This document shows, piece after piece, positions 51,690-64,000 of a stretch of 64,000 nucleotides of DNA. The notes beneath the pieces are model-generated. The model did no database searches. It was not told the origin of the DNA and worked only from the letters and a program-made list of their open reading frames with translations. The position numbers and the translations under genes were made by a program. Position 1 is the stretch's first letter. The number at the start of each line of letters is the position of its first letter. Location: positions 8,618,001-8,682,000 of the forward strand of contig JAQFVV010000003.1 of assembly GCA_028023455.1 (NCBI GenBank), written 5' to 3'. Source of the DNA: Epiperipatus broadwayi. Taxonomy: Eukaryota > Animalia > Onychophora.

Positions 51690-54600
51690 CCATTGCTGAT
51701 TTTGTTTAAGAGTTATGATTGTGGAGATAATTTTATGAGGCTCCAGGTGGCATTGACTATATCCTCCAGGGCCAAAGAATGATCTCTCATTTTAATTTTT
51801 AGGATTTTATTTTCAAAAAGAGATTTATATTTTCGTGATGTTGGATTAAAAACAAAGTGACATCTTAAGAACCAGAGAGTAAAAATGATAAAGATGGACA
51901 GCCTTATATTGGGAAATATTCCTTTTTGAATATTTTCTATTAAGATGTCACATATTGGTTTAGAATTATAAATGAGTGTGGATATCAGTTGTCTATATAT
52001 ATGTAAGGCATTGCAGTGATATAAAAAATGTTGCATTGTTTCATCCTCCCTACCACATAAGGGACAGATAGGTTGAATGTTAGTATATTTCCTCTTATTG
52101 AAAAGAAATTCACTTGTTGGCAATGCATCCATGTTAATTTTGATGAGGAAGTCTAAGTATTTAGGTTCTAAATACCAAAATTTAAATTTTTGTATTAAAG
52201 ATTTGTTTGTTAGTTTAAGTGTACTATCTCGTGTTTGAAGCAGATCTAGGTTAGTCATATTTTGATACGCATCCCAGTACTTAATTTTTGCTGTAAACAT
52301 ATTATCTGGTAATTTGTATTGACATGTGTTGAATTAGGTTATTAATGAACTTATTGTTAATAGGTGGAGGTGTGTCAGTAGGAGATATTGGAATGAAAAC
52401 CTGAAAATTCTGAAAGTTAGTGCAGATTTTAAATAGTGTATTATAGGATTTTTGATAATAAAAGGTATTTATTGAATGCAAAGATAAGCCATTAAATTTT
52501 GAATGCTTTTGGAGTTTATTAATGCTAATAGAAATTGTCTTCTGGTTCCAGATCAATTTAGTACATAGAGAATTGATTTTCTTAATGAATGAGGTTGTGA
52601 ATTTAATGGTGGGTGAATAGAAGTTAATTTTTGGATAGATTAGCATGTTAATTAGAGATATCTTTCTGTGTATTGAAAGATAAGCTTTAGTTAGAGAATT
52701 AATAATTTTTGTATAGAAATGATTAATTGATTTTGTATATTTATTCTCATTATATTTACTGATTGATGGAAGGGTATTCCCAGAAAGTTATGAGGTCGGG
52801 TTTCAACTTTTGTTTTAATTGGAGTGCCAGTAAGTATGGACCATGTGGCCATTTTTTCAGGATTGAATTTTAGAGTATAATCTTTTGTGTATTTTTTAAT
52901 ATGTTATGTAGTTTTGGTAACAATTTCTGTGAGGGAAGAAAAACAGTTATGTCATCCATGAATGAAATATGATTAATTGTACGGTTTAAAAAAATTGTTT
53001 GTATTCCCAGTAGTTCAGTTTCAATTTGAAGTAAGAGGGGATTAATGTAGGTGATGAAGAGGAGGGCACTAAGGGGTGAACCTTGGGGAATTGAATTATG
53101 TGGAGTGAATTCTGATGACATTTTTCCATTTAAGGTGATGTGTATGTTTCTATTTATAAAGAGATTAGCTAAAATATACATAATTGGAATCGGGATTCCA
53201 TGACTACCAAGCACTTCTAAGAGTTTTTCAATAGGCACAGAATCAAAGGCAGCTTCAATATCTAATTGTACTGCAATAGGTGCAGCTTTTCTATGGTGGC
53301 GAATGTCATCAGTTAGTGCCCTAAATAAGACATGAGCCTCGGGGATGGATGAGCCTTTTTGGCAAACTGAAATTTAGATAGAGTAGGTAATATAAGAGGC
53401 TGGATTTTATCTTTAATAATGGATTCTATTATTTTAATGATTAGTGGGGACATAGATATAGGTCTAAGATTATTGAGAGGGGAGGGTAGTAAAGGTTTTT
53501 TTAGAAAGGGCACTAGTGAGACAGGATAGAGTAGTTCTATACTATGAATTTGATTTGACAAGTAATGTAGCATATTGTAAATTATGGGAATAGTAAAGTG
53601 GCTAAGGTGTTCAAGCAAAAATTTCGGAATGGCACGTGTTCCTGGATGCGAGTTGTTTGGAATAGTTTTTAATTTATTTGTAATGTCTTCTTTAGATATA
53701 TTAAGGATAGTTTGTGACATACCAAAATAAAATGAGCGAGAATTGGCATAGGTAGCTTTTGAAATTTCGTTTTAAAATATTGTTTAATTGGTGGAAGCAT
53801 ATTTATTCCGGTAATCATTTTATCATTTATTAATATGGATGAGGGTGTGGTTATATTAGAGTTATAGCCTAATGCCCATTTGATATATGCCCTTGACCAG
53901 TCATGGGTGTTTTTTAAAAAAATTTTGGCTTTTTTAATAGAAAGATAATTAGCTAGTGTAAGTTGTGTCTGTTTGAACTCTTGCTTTAGTAACATTATGG
54001 TATTAACTGAATTTGAGCTGGTAGGTGTGCTTTTTAGCTTCATATGCAGTATATCTAATTTTTTGCTAAGTGCAGTAGGAGAAGGATTTCTTGCAGTATA
54101 ATGTTTGATGTTAGAAGCTAAAATATTAATGAAGGAAAACCAAGCTTCTGTTGGTTGGAGTGAAAGTATGTCAATTTTTTAAAATAAATGTATGCATTAG
54201 ATATTATGGCTTCAGAAGCATTTGTTTTTAATAATAAATGGGTGGTATTGTTCAGTAAAAGTGTTGAGTGTATCTGCATATCTAAATTTAATATGACATA
54301 AAGGGCATGATGGTCAGAAAAAGCTACTGGGTTTAGGGAGGGTGTAATTATAAAGTGCAATTCAGGAGAGTAAAAGAGTAGATCTATTAGTGATGAATGA
54401 TTTTTAGTGAAAAATGATATTGTATTTGATGAAAAGAAACCTTCTGAGCTCATTAGCCTTTTGTTAATTTTATGAAGATATTTCATCGTAAAATCTTGGT
54501 ATGACATATTAAAGTCACCCAAGAGAATTATGGAGTGTGGATTTGTTGCTAGTGTTAAATTAATTATGTTAATAAGCTGGTGTATGAGTATTGGTTGATT

Positions 54601-54939
54601 ATATAAGTATAATGCTATAATATTTATTGTGCATGCTGCATTATGAAGAGTGATGATAATCATGTGTTGATCAATATATAAGATGTTGAAAGATTGGAAT
54701 GGAGAATTTCTATTGATGAGTACTCCTATTCCTGCAGCTGAATAGTTTGATGTGGAAAATCTATATATCCAAACTTGGCAAGATGCTGCTCAGGTTTAAA
54801 AGGAGAACTTACTGAGCATTTGGTTTCTGTAAAAAAAAAGAATATGTGGTGTGAATTGCCGAATCCAGCTGGTAATGGCAAACATTCTATGGGGTGAGTT
54901 TATCCCTCTGACATTAACTTCAGTAATTGATACTAGCAT
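51690..54939 (-). mobile_element. L1/Tx1-like LINE copy B: full-span ORF2 (APE-RT-zinc finger), frameshifted
   Basis: ITEVNVRGIN..FTETK, LLGDFN, SLIDLLF, FSDH, LRPIS, LDIEAAFDSV, IPQGSPLS, FMDD, CPLCGREDETMQHFLYHC. Confidence 0.92.
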
Positions 54940-55142
54940 GAGTAATTCTAGATTGTACAATGATTATGGTAATTTGTTGTATATGCATAATGTTTGTAGT
55001 TGTTAATGATCTTGGTAGTGGAAAGTAAGATTTTATGGAGTAAGTATAGTCATATGAAGACTGGAACAGTCTATCCAATGTAACAGTGGGATAGGATGTT
55101 AAAGGAAGGTAATAATTTTGTATAGTATATAATGAGAATAGA

Positions 55143-55217
<75 letters not shown>

Positions 55218-55247
55218 TACTACTACTACTACTAGTACTACTACTAT
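55143..55247. repeat. (CTA)n microsatellite
   Basis: Direct reading. Confidence 0.97.
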
Positions 55248-55859
55248 CATCATTGTCATCACCATTATTATTGTTATTGTTATGTTTAAGAATAAAGAAA
55301 CTTTATTCAGACTAGAAGAGTGGGTTACATTAATACTTTTCATATACATGTGTTTACACTGATGTTTCTGAGGATTATGTATATTGTGTCTAAGTTCTTT
55401 ACAAGTCTTTGCAGATATAAACCGGGTGAGGGATGGATTGTTAGTTCTAGGTTTAATACTAAATTAATAGAGCCTCTGTTAGTTTTTTTAATTCAATTGG
55501 TTTTCTTTAAATTGTTTCTCAAAGTTATCTTATTTACATTTAGATAATTAAGATGTGTAAAATTTTTTTCCATTTATGCTTTGTAACAGTTTGTTAGTCT
55601 TTAGATATTGGTTTTGTAAGCTGGGGTATGTTTCTGCTGGCAATATTTTGATTCTTGGATTTTGTGATATCTATTTTCTTGCATTCTCTTTTTAAGTATA
55701 TTAAGTGATTTGATGAATGGCAGAACTATTAGAGATTTGAGTGTTGTTTTACGAGTGACCAAGTGACCATGAAAATGTCAAGGTGTGCTATTTTATTGTC
55801 TCAGTTTTCTAATTGTGCTAATTTGTTATGAAATATTAATATATATCATCTTGTATTAT

Positions 55860-57400
55860 TGCCAAAAGTGAATGTACATCATGTGCACCAAAATGCATAA
55901 AGCACGACAATTGCTGCATGGACTGTAGGGGTGTCTGTTCTGCGGAATGCACCAACATTCTGCAGGGAGATGTTTGTTTGTCTGTATATATTAGTTATTT
56001 CATGCCAAATATTATTTAATGCTGAGAGATGTTTGTTGAGTTTCTTATGCATGATGGCATGGTGTGCAGAATGCATCTATTTTTGTATACAAACATCTAT
56101 ATCCTAGGAAGTATGATATTGGCAAGGCATATAGAGTGTCTAAGAAGTAAATCAAAAAATTTGGCTCTATGAACCCTTTTTTAAATTTTTTAAGCAGCTG
56201 TTGGTTGTTTATGCTGAGTATCTGGGTGGAAATATCTGGTGTATGTCCTGGGTATACTAGTGCATAGATCTGCCAATATGAATATCTTGTTATTTGCAAT
56301 GATATTTGAGTATGTGCCATTCTAAACTGATTTATAACTGATGATAGATAACAATGCAAAGGTGGAGGGTTGTCTCTAGGTATTATTTGGATTAGTCATT
56401 GAAATTTTGGGAAATGTCTGAGGGTGGCTATTATAAGGTTTATGGTCTTCTGTATTTAGAAAAATATCTATGTTGTGTAGCCCCAAACCAGTGAGTATTG
56501 CTGCATGACTCAGATATTTTTGCAGATATTGACACTGTCATTCTATTCCATAGAAATTTATTGCAATATAAAGAGATTTTTGGAGTGAAATCCTTGGAGA
56601 ATTGAATTATGGGAGAATAGTAGATAATCTTGGTGATTGAACAATTGTACTTTATCGTATATTGAGAGCTGTGCTTTTGATAGGAAAGCAATGATCCATT
56701 ATGCTTCATCTTTTAACTTGTTTTGAATTTTTTGCTTCATTGCATTTGTCCCCATCTAGAAAAGAAAGATGAGAAAAGCAGATGGTTGGCCTTGGAAAAT
56801 TTGTGTGCATTGTTTACTGGTGTACAGCAATCAGGCAGCAATCTTGTTCTGATTAAATTTTAGATGATGTGTTAAAAGTCTTGAAGTATTTTCTAAAATA
56901 TTGGTATCTGCTTTCTAGATGGAAGGAAGATTGTGAATGTCATTTATATATGCAATGCAGGCTATATGTTGCACCATGCCTGGTATCTGGATGCCTTTGA
57001 TACTGTGCTGGATTTTGAGTATGAGTGGGTTGATGTAAAAAGTAAATCCAGTGAGCCAAGTGAGATATGGATTGTATGGCGATGAATGATGGAGAATTTT
57101 TGCCGCTGAGTGTAATATGGATTTCTCTGCTAAGTAGTAGATTTGTGAGCAGGTACAGATGAGTTCATGGGATTATGGTGTCAGCTAGTATGTTAATTAA
57201 TGTATTAATGTCAACTGAATCAAATGCCACTTCTATATCAAGTTTAACCACAATTGGTAAATAATTTTTTCAGTTCCAAATTGAGTTCAAGACTTTTAAT
57301 TTTTTTCTAGGAGATATTTAATCAGAAATCTTTTCTCATCAGCAAATTTCTCCATTTATTGAGATAACTACAGATATTGCTCTATTTACAGGGATAATTA
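55860..57400 (-). mobile_element. L1/Tx1-like LINE copy C: RT and C-terminal part, strongly decayed
   Basis: DIEVAFDSV..LLTNLLLSREIHITLSGK; TKIIYYSPII..CNKFLWN; collinear with copy B. Confidence 0.8.
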
Positions 57401-60400
57401 CATATTTGAATTGTTATTTTAAAAAACCATTTACTTATATATCTGGGGGAAAAAAGAAAGTCAGTTCTGATTAGTATTTGAACTCATTTGCATCAGATAA
57501 CTTTTAATTTCATTAACTTTAATATGCGTTTTGATAAACTAACCTTACCAAAAAAAAATTAAAAATCTATAGAAAACCTTTTTTTAATTTTCTATAAATA
57601 AAATATTTTTGATTATAAAAATGATTATTAAATACTTTTAATAAATACAGTATATCTATCTACATTTTTAATCTCTTAATAATGATTTTTCAATAAAAGT
57701 GAAATATTATTGTTGTTCTATAAATATTAAGAGATCTATATTTTTAGCTAATTGGTAAAAGTGGTTTATTTTTGATCAAAAATGAATGAAGAAAGTGGAA
57801 AAAAAAAAACACAATAAAATTTGTGGTCAGTTGATTATAACTGTTGTATTATGTTACTATAATGCTTGACTATTAAGAAGTGGAGATCTCAATACCCTTC
57901 CCTAGTGAGGTAATTACACCAGAATGTATAGTGATATTTATTTTCCAATTCTGGCAGCTATAATATAAGCAGTGAGAGAAATTCTGATCTAAATGTGCAA
58001 TTCATTTAGAAACATGCAACTACTTTTTAGTAATTGACATTTTTCAAAAAAAAAAAAAAGAACTACCTTTGCACTCATGACCATAATGTAAATTTATTAT
58101 ACAGACCCTTATCATTCATTGATTTTAATTATTGCTTACTTTATAGCTTCTAGAATTAGAGAAGTAATGTTATTAGTATCATCTTTTACCAAAATATGGA
58201 TTATATCTGAGATCATTAAAATATATAGTTGTTGACCTTATATCTGAATTTTATATATGGATTGGTTGATACTCGAGTATTAAATCTTAGGATATTAGAA
58301 GTTTTAAACTATTGATTTAAATAGTAACATAAGAGTAAAAAATGGACACTAAATGGAGAGCATGCAAATTCAATATCTCCTAAATCTAAGAGAGATAATT
58401 AGATAAAAACTGTTTGCAGAAGTTTGGCTTTTGTGAACTAAGTAGTAAATTCCAGCTTCTAAAATCAGAAAAGAAATACTATTAAAGTTGTATCATATTG
58501 AAATGTTTTGTGCCTTGCAATCATAAACTGTTTGGACATTCTTTACCTTTATCTAAAATTAGAAAGACACTTATGTGCTAAAATTTGGAATGAACAATTC
58601 ATATTTTAGTGCTTACTGCATTTTTCTGCAATATTCATAATCTGAATCAATGTTCAGATGGTACTTAAACATATTTTTAATTTTCAATATTTATCAATTA
58701 AGTGAAGAATTTTTTAAAAACTATAACAAATCTGAAACAGCAAAAAACTAGACTGAAGATGTGCATCATAAGCCTATAATATATGATTCTGGAGTCAAAT
58801 AAATAGTGAATTACTGCTCTTAAAAGCTCAGAATGAATATATCATAGAAAGGCCCTTTTAATTAAAAAAAAAAAATTATTTGTGTAGCATTATTCGTCAC
58901 AAAATTTAATATAATTTTACTGAATATTTATTTATATATAGATTCAAAATAATCAATGAGTAATATATAGACTCACGTTTCATAACAATGAGTTATTCTG
59001 TCGTTAAGACATGTATGTGGTCATTGATCGAAATAAAATTAAATGACGCTTTACAATATTTGACAACATATATATGGTCAAGTGTATCAATGTTATGAGA
59101 TAATGTGGAGAGTTGAGGGTCATGTGAAAGTCTGAGCTCAAAATACCATATATATTACATTGTTTGTACGGGTATATATATATAGCGTATATATTAGATA
59201 TTAAATATTTGAAAAACAAAATATTCTGAAAGAGTTGACGAAGATAATCTGCAATCATATTGAGAATCGTCTAACAGAAAATTATGACTGATAGTGGTAA
59301 ATGTATATATATGTGTGTGTATGTGCACAATATCTATCTACTATATACTTAGTTTTTTTAATATAATTTCTACACTAAAACCTTTTCCCATTATTAAATA
59401 TTGTATAAACTGTTTTTTTTTATTGTTAACAAGAATTATATTACTTATGTTTTTTTTTTTTTTGATTCATTACAATTCTTCATATTCGTAGTTGTCAATT
59501 TAATCCCTCTTGATAATATTAGATTTAAAAAAAAAGAATCATTTCAACAATGCAAAGGTGAAATCAAATATTGCTTTTTAATTTTAATCGAAAGCCACAT
59601 ACAACTTCTATTATGTTACTTCAAAATACTCTGTGTGTATATATAATTTCAGTTTTTCGTCATTATTTTGAAAAAGAAAAATCATCTGGAGTTATACATC
59701 AGCATTTTTCCATTCTTTCCAATTGAGAGGTCGAAAACAGTTTACAAACTTCTATACTGAACTAAATATGACATCAAAGCTTAATTTTTAGTTGAAATTC
59801 TCAGAAGTGTAGTTACAGAAAGTTTCTAGAGAATTAAGTAAAGCTGTGGTATTTATTATTCTAAAGATGCTTTTGTGTTTCTAAAGTTAATAAATTTTAA
59901 AAACACTTAAGTCAAGATTTTAAAAATTGTATTTTAAATAATACTTTAATTTGCATAAATAGTCATCAGCATAAAGACTCATTCTTAAAAGAGAATCGCC
60001 ATTTTAACTCTAGAATAAAATAAACGACAAAAAAAAAAAATTAAACGTGAATTTGCAATAACATATATCACATAAAGTTTTGTTTGATTATTTGACGTCT
60101 TATATGATTGCATTTTAACTACCTATGCAATGAACTTTTCTTTCTGAATACCTTCAATAGTTATGTCCTCTCAATGAAAGCAACTGATATTAATTTTTAA
60201 AGAGTTTTTAAACTAACATTTAAAATTTATATAGGATACACCCCTCCTAAAAAATTTTGATCAATTTCACCAGAAAACGTTTGTTCAGGATATTTGTTAC
60301 TCTTTTTACATTTTCACATATACAATCCATTAAAGATATACTCTTAGAAAGTATTCAGTAATATCATATCAAGCTTTATTGGAGATGTTTACTAGACTGA

Positions 60401-60426
60401 TAATTTTTTTTGCCTCCTAAACATCA

Positions 60427-61222
60427 AGCAAAACTCTCCATACAGTAGTGCCACTCAGTGCAAGCCAGAGTAATCAATGGATGCCAGAAGGCTTGTGCCT
60501 AAAATCCCTATCTAGTCTGTACTCATTCAATATCTCAGTTTAGTTTCTAGCTTGTGGCTTTCATTAGTTAGATGACTGCTGGAGGGTTGCATTAGATCCT
60601 AAGATCTAGGTGCAGTGCTCTCAGATCCAAAGCTCCTCACTGATGAAAGCAACAAGCTAGAATCTAGTCTGGGGATATTGGATGAGTAGGTACTAGATAG
60701 GGAATTTATGCACAAACCTTCTGGCATCCATTGATTGGCTTGCACTGAGTGGCATTACTGTATAGAGAGTTTTGCCTATTTTAATAACAGTTATGAGAAA
60801 GCATAAGAAATGGTGATCATGTGCTGTTTAGTAGTTTAACATTAATCCTGTCTAATAGGATAGTGGTGGCTATGATTATTAAAGAATCAAAGACACCAAA
60901 ATGTATGGGTACTGAATTGAGTTCTGACCTATATGACTATATAAGCTAATGAGCTTGGATTGAAAATATTGTTGTGTTTTCAATTTTAGACTCATAGTTT
61001 TGTAATTAAGTAGAGATAAAAGGTGGCTGCTGGAGAGTTGCATTAGATCCTAAGATCTAGGTGCAGTGCTCTCAGAGCCAAAGCTCATCACTGATGAAAG
61101 CCACAAGCTAGAAACTAGTCTGAGGATATTGGATGAGTAAGCACTAGATAGGGATATTATTCACAAGTCTTCTGGCATCCATTGATTACTCTGGCACTAC
61201 TGCATGGACAGTTTTGCCTGTT
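60427..61222. mobile_element. Retrozyme-like cluster 2: minus strand 60,427-60,568, then plus-strand tandem units
   Basis: HHR cores at 60,567(-, decayed), 60,640(+) and 61,091(+); unit length 451 bp. Confidence 0.85.
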
Positions 61223-62368
61223 TTTCTATTACAATTCTGTCACTTATTGTAATAAATTATTAATCAATAGATACTGGTCCATTATGCTTACTAAAATTCT
61301 ATCTATATTCTCACACTAGGACTGTCATAACTACTGCTATGGAATATATATTGATTATGCATATTTACAATAGGTAACAGAATGAGACTAGAAAAACAGA
61401 TTTGCTCCTGAAAAAATTATGTATGCTATAGTCAAGCATTGGTTTTTATTAGTCAGATATTACTCAGCCTCAGGGTGGCCTTTGAGCATTCCATCATCAG
61501 ATTTCCAATTGGATGGACAGTTAAAGAGTTGGAGTGAGGAGTGGATTGAAGCCTGTCCATTAAAGTATGAGGATTTGCTATCTTAATATATACCTGAGCA
61601 CTTTTGCATCTATGTGTAGAGATAATAATATGGACCAACTGATGATTGCTTGTTTAGCATGAAATCCGTATATTGGTGATTATTTATCTTTTCGACATAT
61701 ATGTGTTCAAGTGTATCAGTGATATGAGATAGAATAGTGACTGGTGGATCATGTAAAAGTCTGTGCTCATATACCCTATATATTACATATATTGATACAG
61801 GTATATAATAAGTCTGTATTTCAGTTATTAAAATATTATAGAATATTATTAAGAGAAATGTTTCCACTGCTTTTACATTACATTGATATGATTCAGCCTC
61901 TAAATTTTACAATTGAATTAGTGTTATATCACTGTATTTAACTTATCCAGCTGCATCAAAGCTGAAGATTACAGAATATTTTATCCCATCAGTGATAAAG
62001 TCCTTGAATTTTTTCACACTAATTACTAAATTATTTATAGGTTGAATTCAAAGTATTAAAAAAATATTTTATAGATCATCCTTCAAATTAAAAAAAAGGA
62101 GCACAACATATCACCATACTATAAATCTAAAAGTTTAAAAAATAGTCTCATTTTTGTTTTTACTCATTTCAGATGAAAACTTTCATCACCAAATTTATAT
62201 TGCATTTGACATCTTGTTCATGAAAAAAATCCAATGTATAAATTGTTTCAAAGTCTTCTGACATAAAAATGCAAACAAAGTAGACTAATTTTCATTTTTA
62301 AATGCTCAGATATTTTTCTATTAGTAGCGATATTTTCTCTCATTCTATCATGTAACATCGTAATATGA

Positions 62369-62766
62369 ACAAGCTTCACATGATCACCATTCTTTATGTT
62401 TACACATATGTGTAAGCATAATGGTGATCATATGATGTTTGATGGTTTAATATCAATCCTGCCCAATAGGATTATGGTGACTGTGGTTATTAAAGACCAA
62501 TGACACCAAAAAGTATGGATGCTGAACTGACTTAATATCTATGTAATGGACTCAAAGGTATTTGATGAAGTCTTGCATTAGATCCTAAGATCTTGATGTA
62601 GTGCTCTCAGATCCAAGACTCTTTATTGATGAAAGTCACAAGCTAGAAACTAGTCTGGGGGTATTGGATGGATAGGCACTAGATAGGGATTTTATTCACA
62701 AACCTTCCTGTATTCATTGATTACTATGGCTTGCACTGAGTGACAATACTGTATGGAAGTTTTATC
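62369..62766. mobile_element. Retrozyme-like cluster 3: short inverted head plus one internally deleted unit
   Basis: Snap-back centred at 62,407/8 (ACACATATGTGT); TTGATGA-aagtcacaagcta-GAAACTAGTC at 62,626. Confidence 0.8.
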
Positions 62767-63729
62767 TCTATGAATAAACTTCTGGAGATAAATATAAATT
62801 TTTAAATGCTGTCACAACATTATCAAATTAAAGCATAGATTAGGACAATAAAAGTTATATAAAAATCATGCTTTGTTCATAATACCTTTTATCTATGATG
62901 TTTGCCAACAAAAAACACATTTATAGTGCATTTTGATTCTCTAAAACCACACTAAACCTTGGTAATTACTTATCTATGAAAAAACAGCCTATTTAATAAA
63001 ATCCCTTAGAATTATTTTTGCTGTAACTATATTTCACAGCAATTACTGCAGTTCTTTGTATCCTTTTACTTTTTATAAACTGGAATAATAGAAATATTCT
63101 TAAGATCACATGGTGTATACTAATATACATATAAAATTTCAATAGTTTTGAAATAAGCACATTACTATTATATTTTAAACTTTTTAGGACTCCCGTCAGA
63201 ATTTAGAGCTCTCTCCATTTTAAAATTATAAAGAGGAACTTTAATTTTATCAAACTAGATAACTTTGTTAAAATCTAAATAAGTTAATATGATCAATGTG
63301 TTATAAAAGTTTCTCTTAAATATCAAATGATAGAGACGTTTATTTCAAGTTTGAGAAGTCAATGGATACTATATAGTAGCACAATTATTCCTCACATACA
63401 GTACTATTCTATTTACATCCCAAATTATTTTCTGGATAATAATATTCATCAATAAGGACTTCATTAATAGAAATTATAAAATTCTTTTTACATTCAATAA
63501 ATAAAAGTATCTAAAATGATCATGGTGAGATAATCACTATATTTTCCTTTTAATTTGACTGGTGATCATTAAGTTTTTTGATGGTTATTTAACATCTGTC
63601 TTTATATCATAATAATGCTTATGAAGCTTTTATTTTAGTCAATTAAAGAATTCCACATAATTTTCTTTTATTTGAATTATTAATTTCAGAAAACCACTTA
63701 CATTTTTTTATTTATTGAAACCAAAACGA

Positions 63730-64000
63730 TTTAAAATGATCTGCCCACAAGTTAACTGCCTAGCTGCATATTATGGAGAGACCAGGACCAACAGAGTGGC
63801 TCAGCATAAATACCTTTACAATAAAACTAAAAAACCAAACAGGAAGGCAATTCCATTTTTGTTGAGCATGAAAAAACAATAGGGCATATATTCAAACTCA
63901 TGTCTGCTAATATTGTTTGCTCAGAAAGACACAATGCTAAATACAAGATCAGAGAAGCATTACACATAGCAAATGATCCTAAGTCCATCAATTGAAGAGA
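63730..64000 (+). mobile_element. PLE GIY-YIG fragment related to the palindrome-1 family
   Basis: FKMICPQVNCLAAYYGETRTNRVAQHKYLY, frameshift, then EGNSIFVEHEK..SERHNAKYKIREAL. Confidence 0.85.

Larger units (their letters stand above)
47313..58610 (+). pseudogene. Putative disrupted RAD51-paralogue (XRCC2-like) gene, with LINEs in an intron
   Basis: Exon 1 MESKQNRRITGS|GTAAGT (47,313-47,347). AG..GT exon 48,043-48,139 has stops in all frames. ESGKKKTQ* (~57,790). EVMLLVSS/LPKYGLYLRSLKYIVVDLISEFYIW (58,160-58,260) aligns gaplessly by eye to XRCC2 [40 protein letters not shown] (58,565). Confidence 0.42.

Noticed and set aside
47140-61650. Isolated CTGATGA hits (e.g. ~47,146, 50,370, 53,113, 56,338, 61,638)
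   Set aside because: No stem II plus GAAA plus NUH arrangement; expected by chance.

Overview
AT-rich eukaryotic (probably invertebrate metazoan) DNA with no intact host gene, dominated by retroelements. There are at least six Penelope-like element (PLE) insertions with RT and/or C-terminal GIY-YIG. Two of them are head-to-head palindromes (centres ~1,754 and ~39,165). Also present: three L1/Tx1-like LINE copies, a decayed ZMYM1-type hAT transposase, pogo/Tc-like end fragments, a short tRNA-derived SINE and microsatellites. The main unannotated content is RNA-level. (i) A non-coding, hairpin-rich ~451-457 bp repeat carries a minimal type I hammerhead ribozyme (HHR) in each unit: 9 HHR copies in three clusters at 17.7-19.3, 60.4-61.2 and 62.4-62.8 kb. 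It is a candidate retrozyme/circRNA family, and every insertion has a PLE-style inversion. (ii) The PLE 3' ends carry hammerheads with three different Watson-Crick versions of the catalytic 3-8 pair: C3-G8, U3-A8 and an unusual A3-U8. Disrupted exon-like remnants resemble a RhoGEF DH domain and an XRCC2-like RAD51 paralogue. Bases ~37.8-38.6 kb look like sequencing/assembly noise. All alignments and folds were done by eye; no database searches were run.
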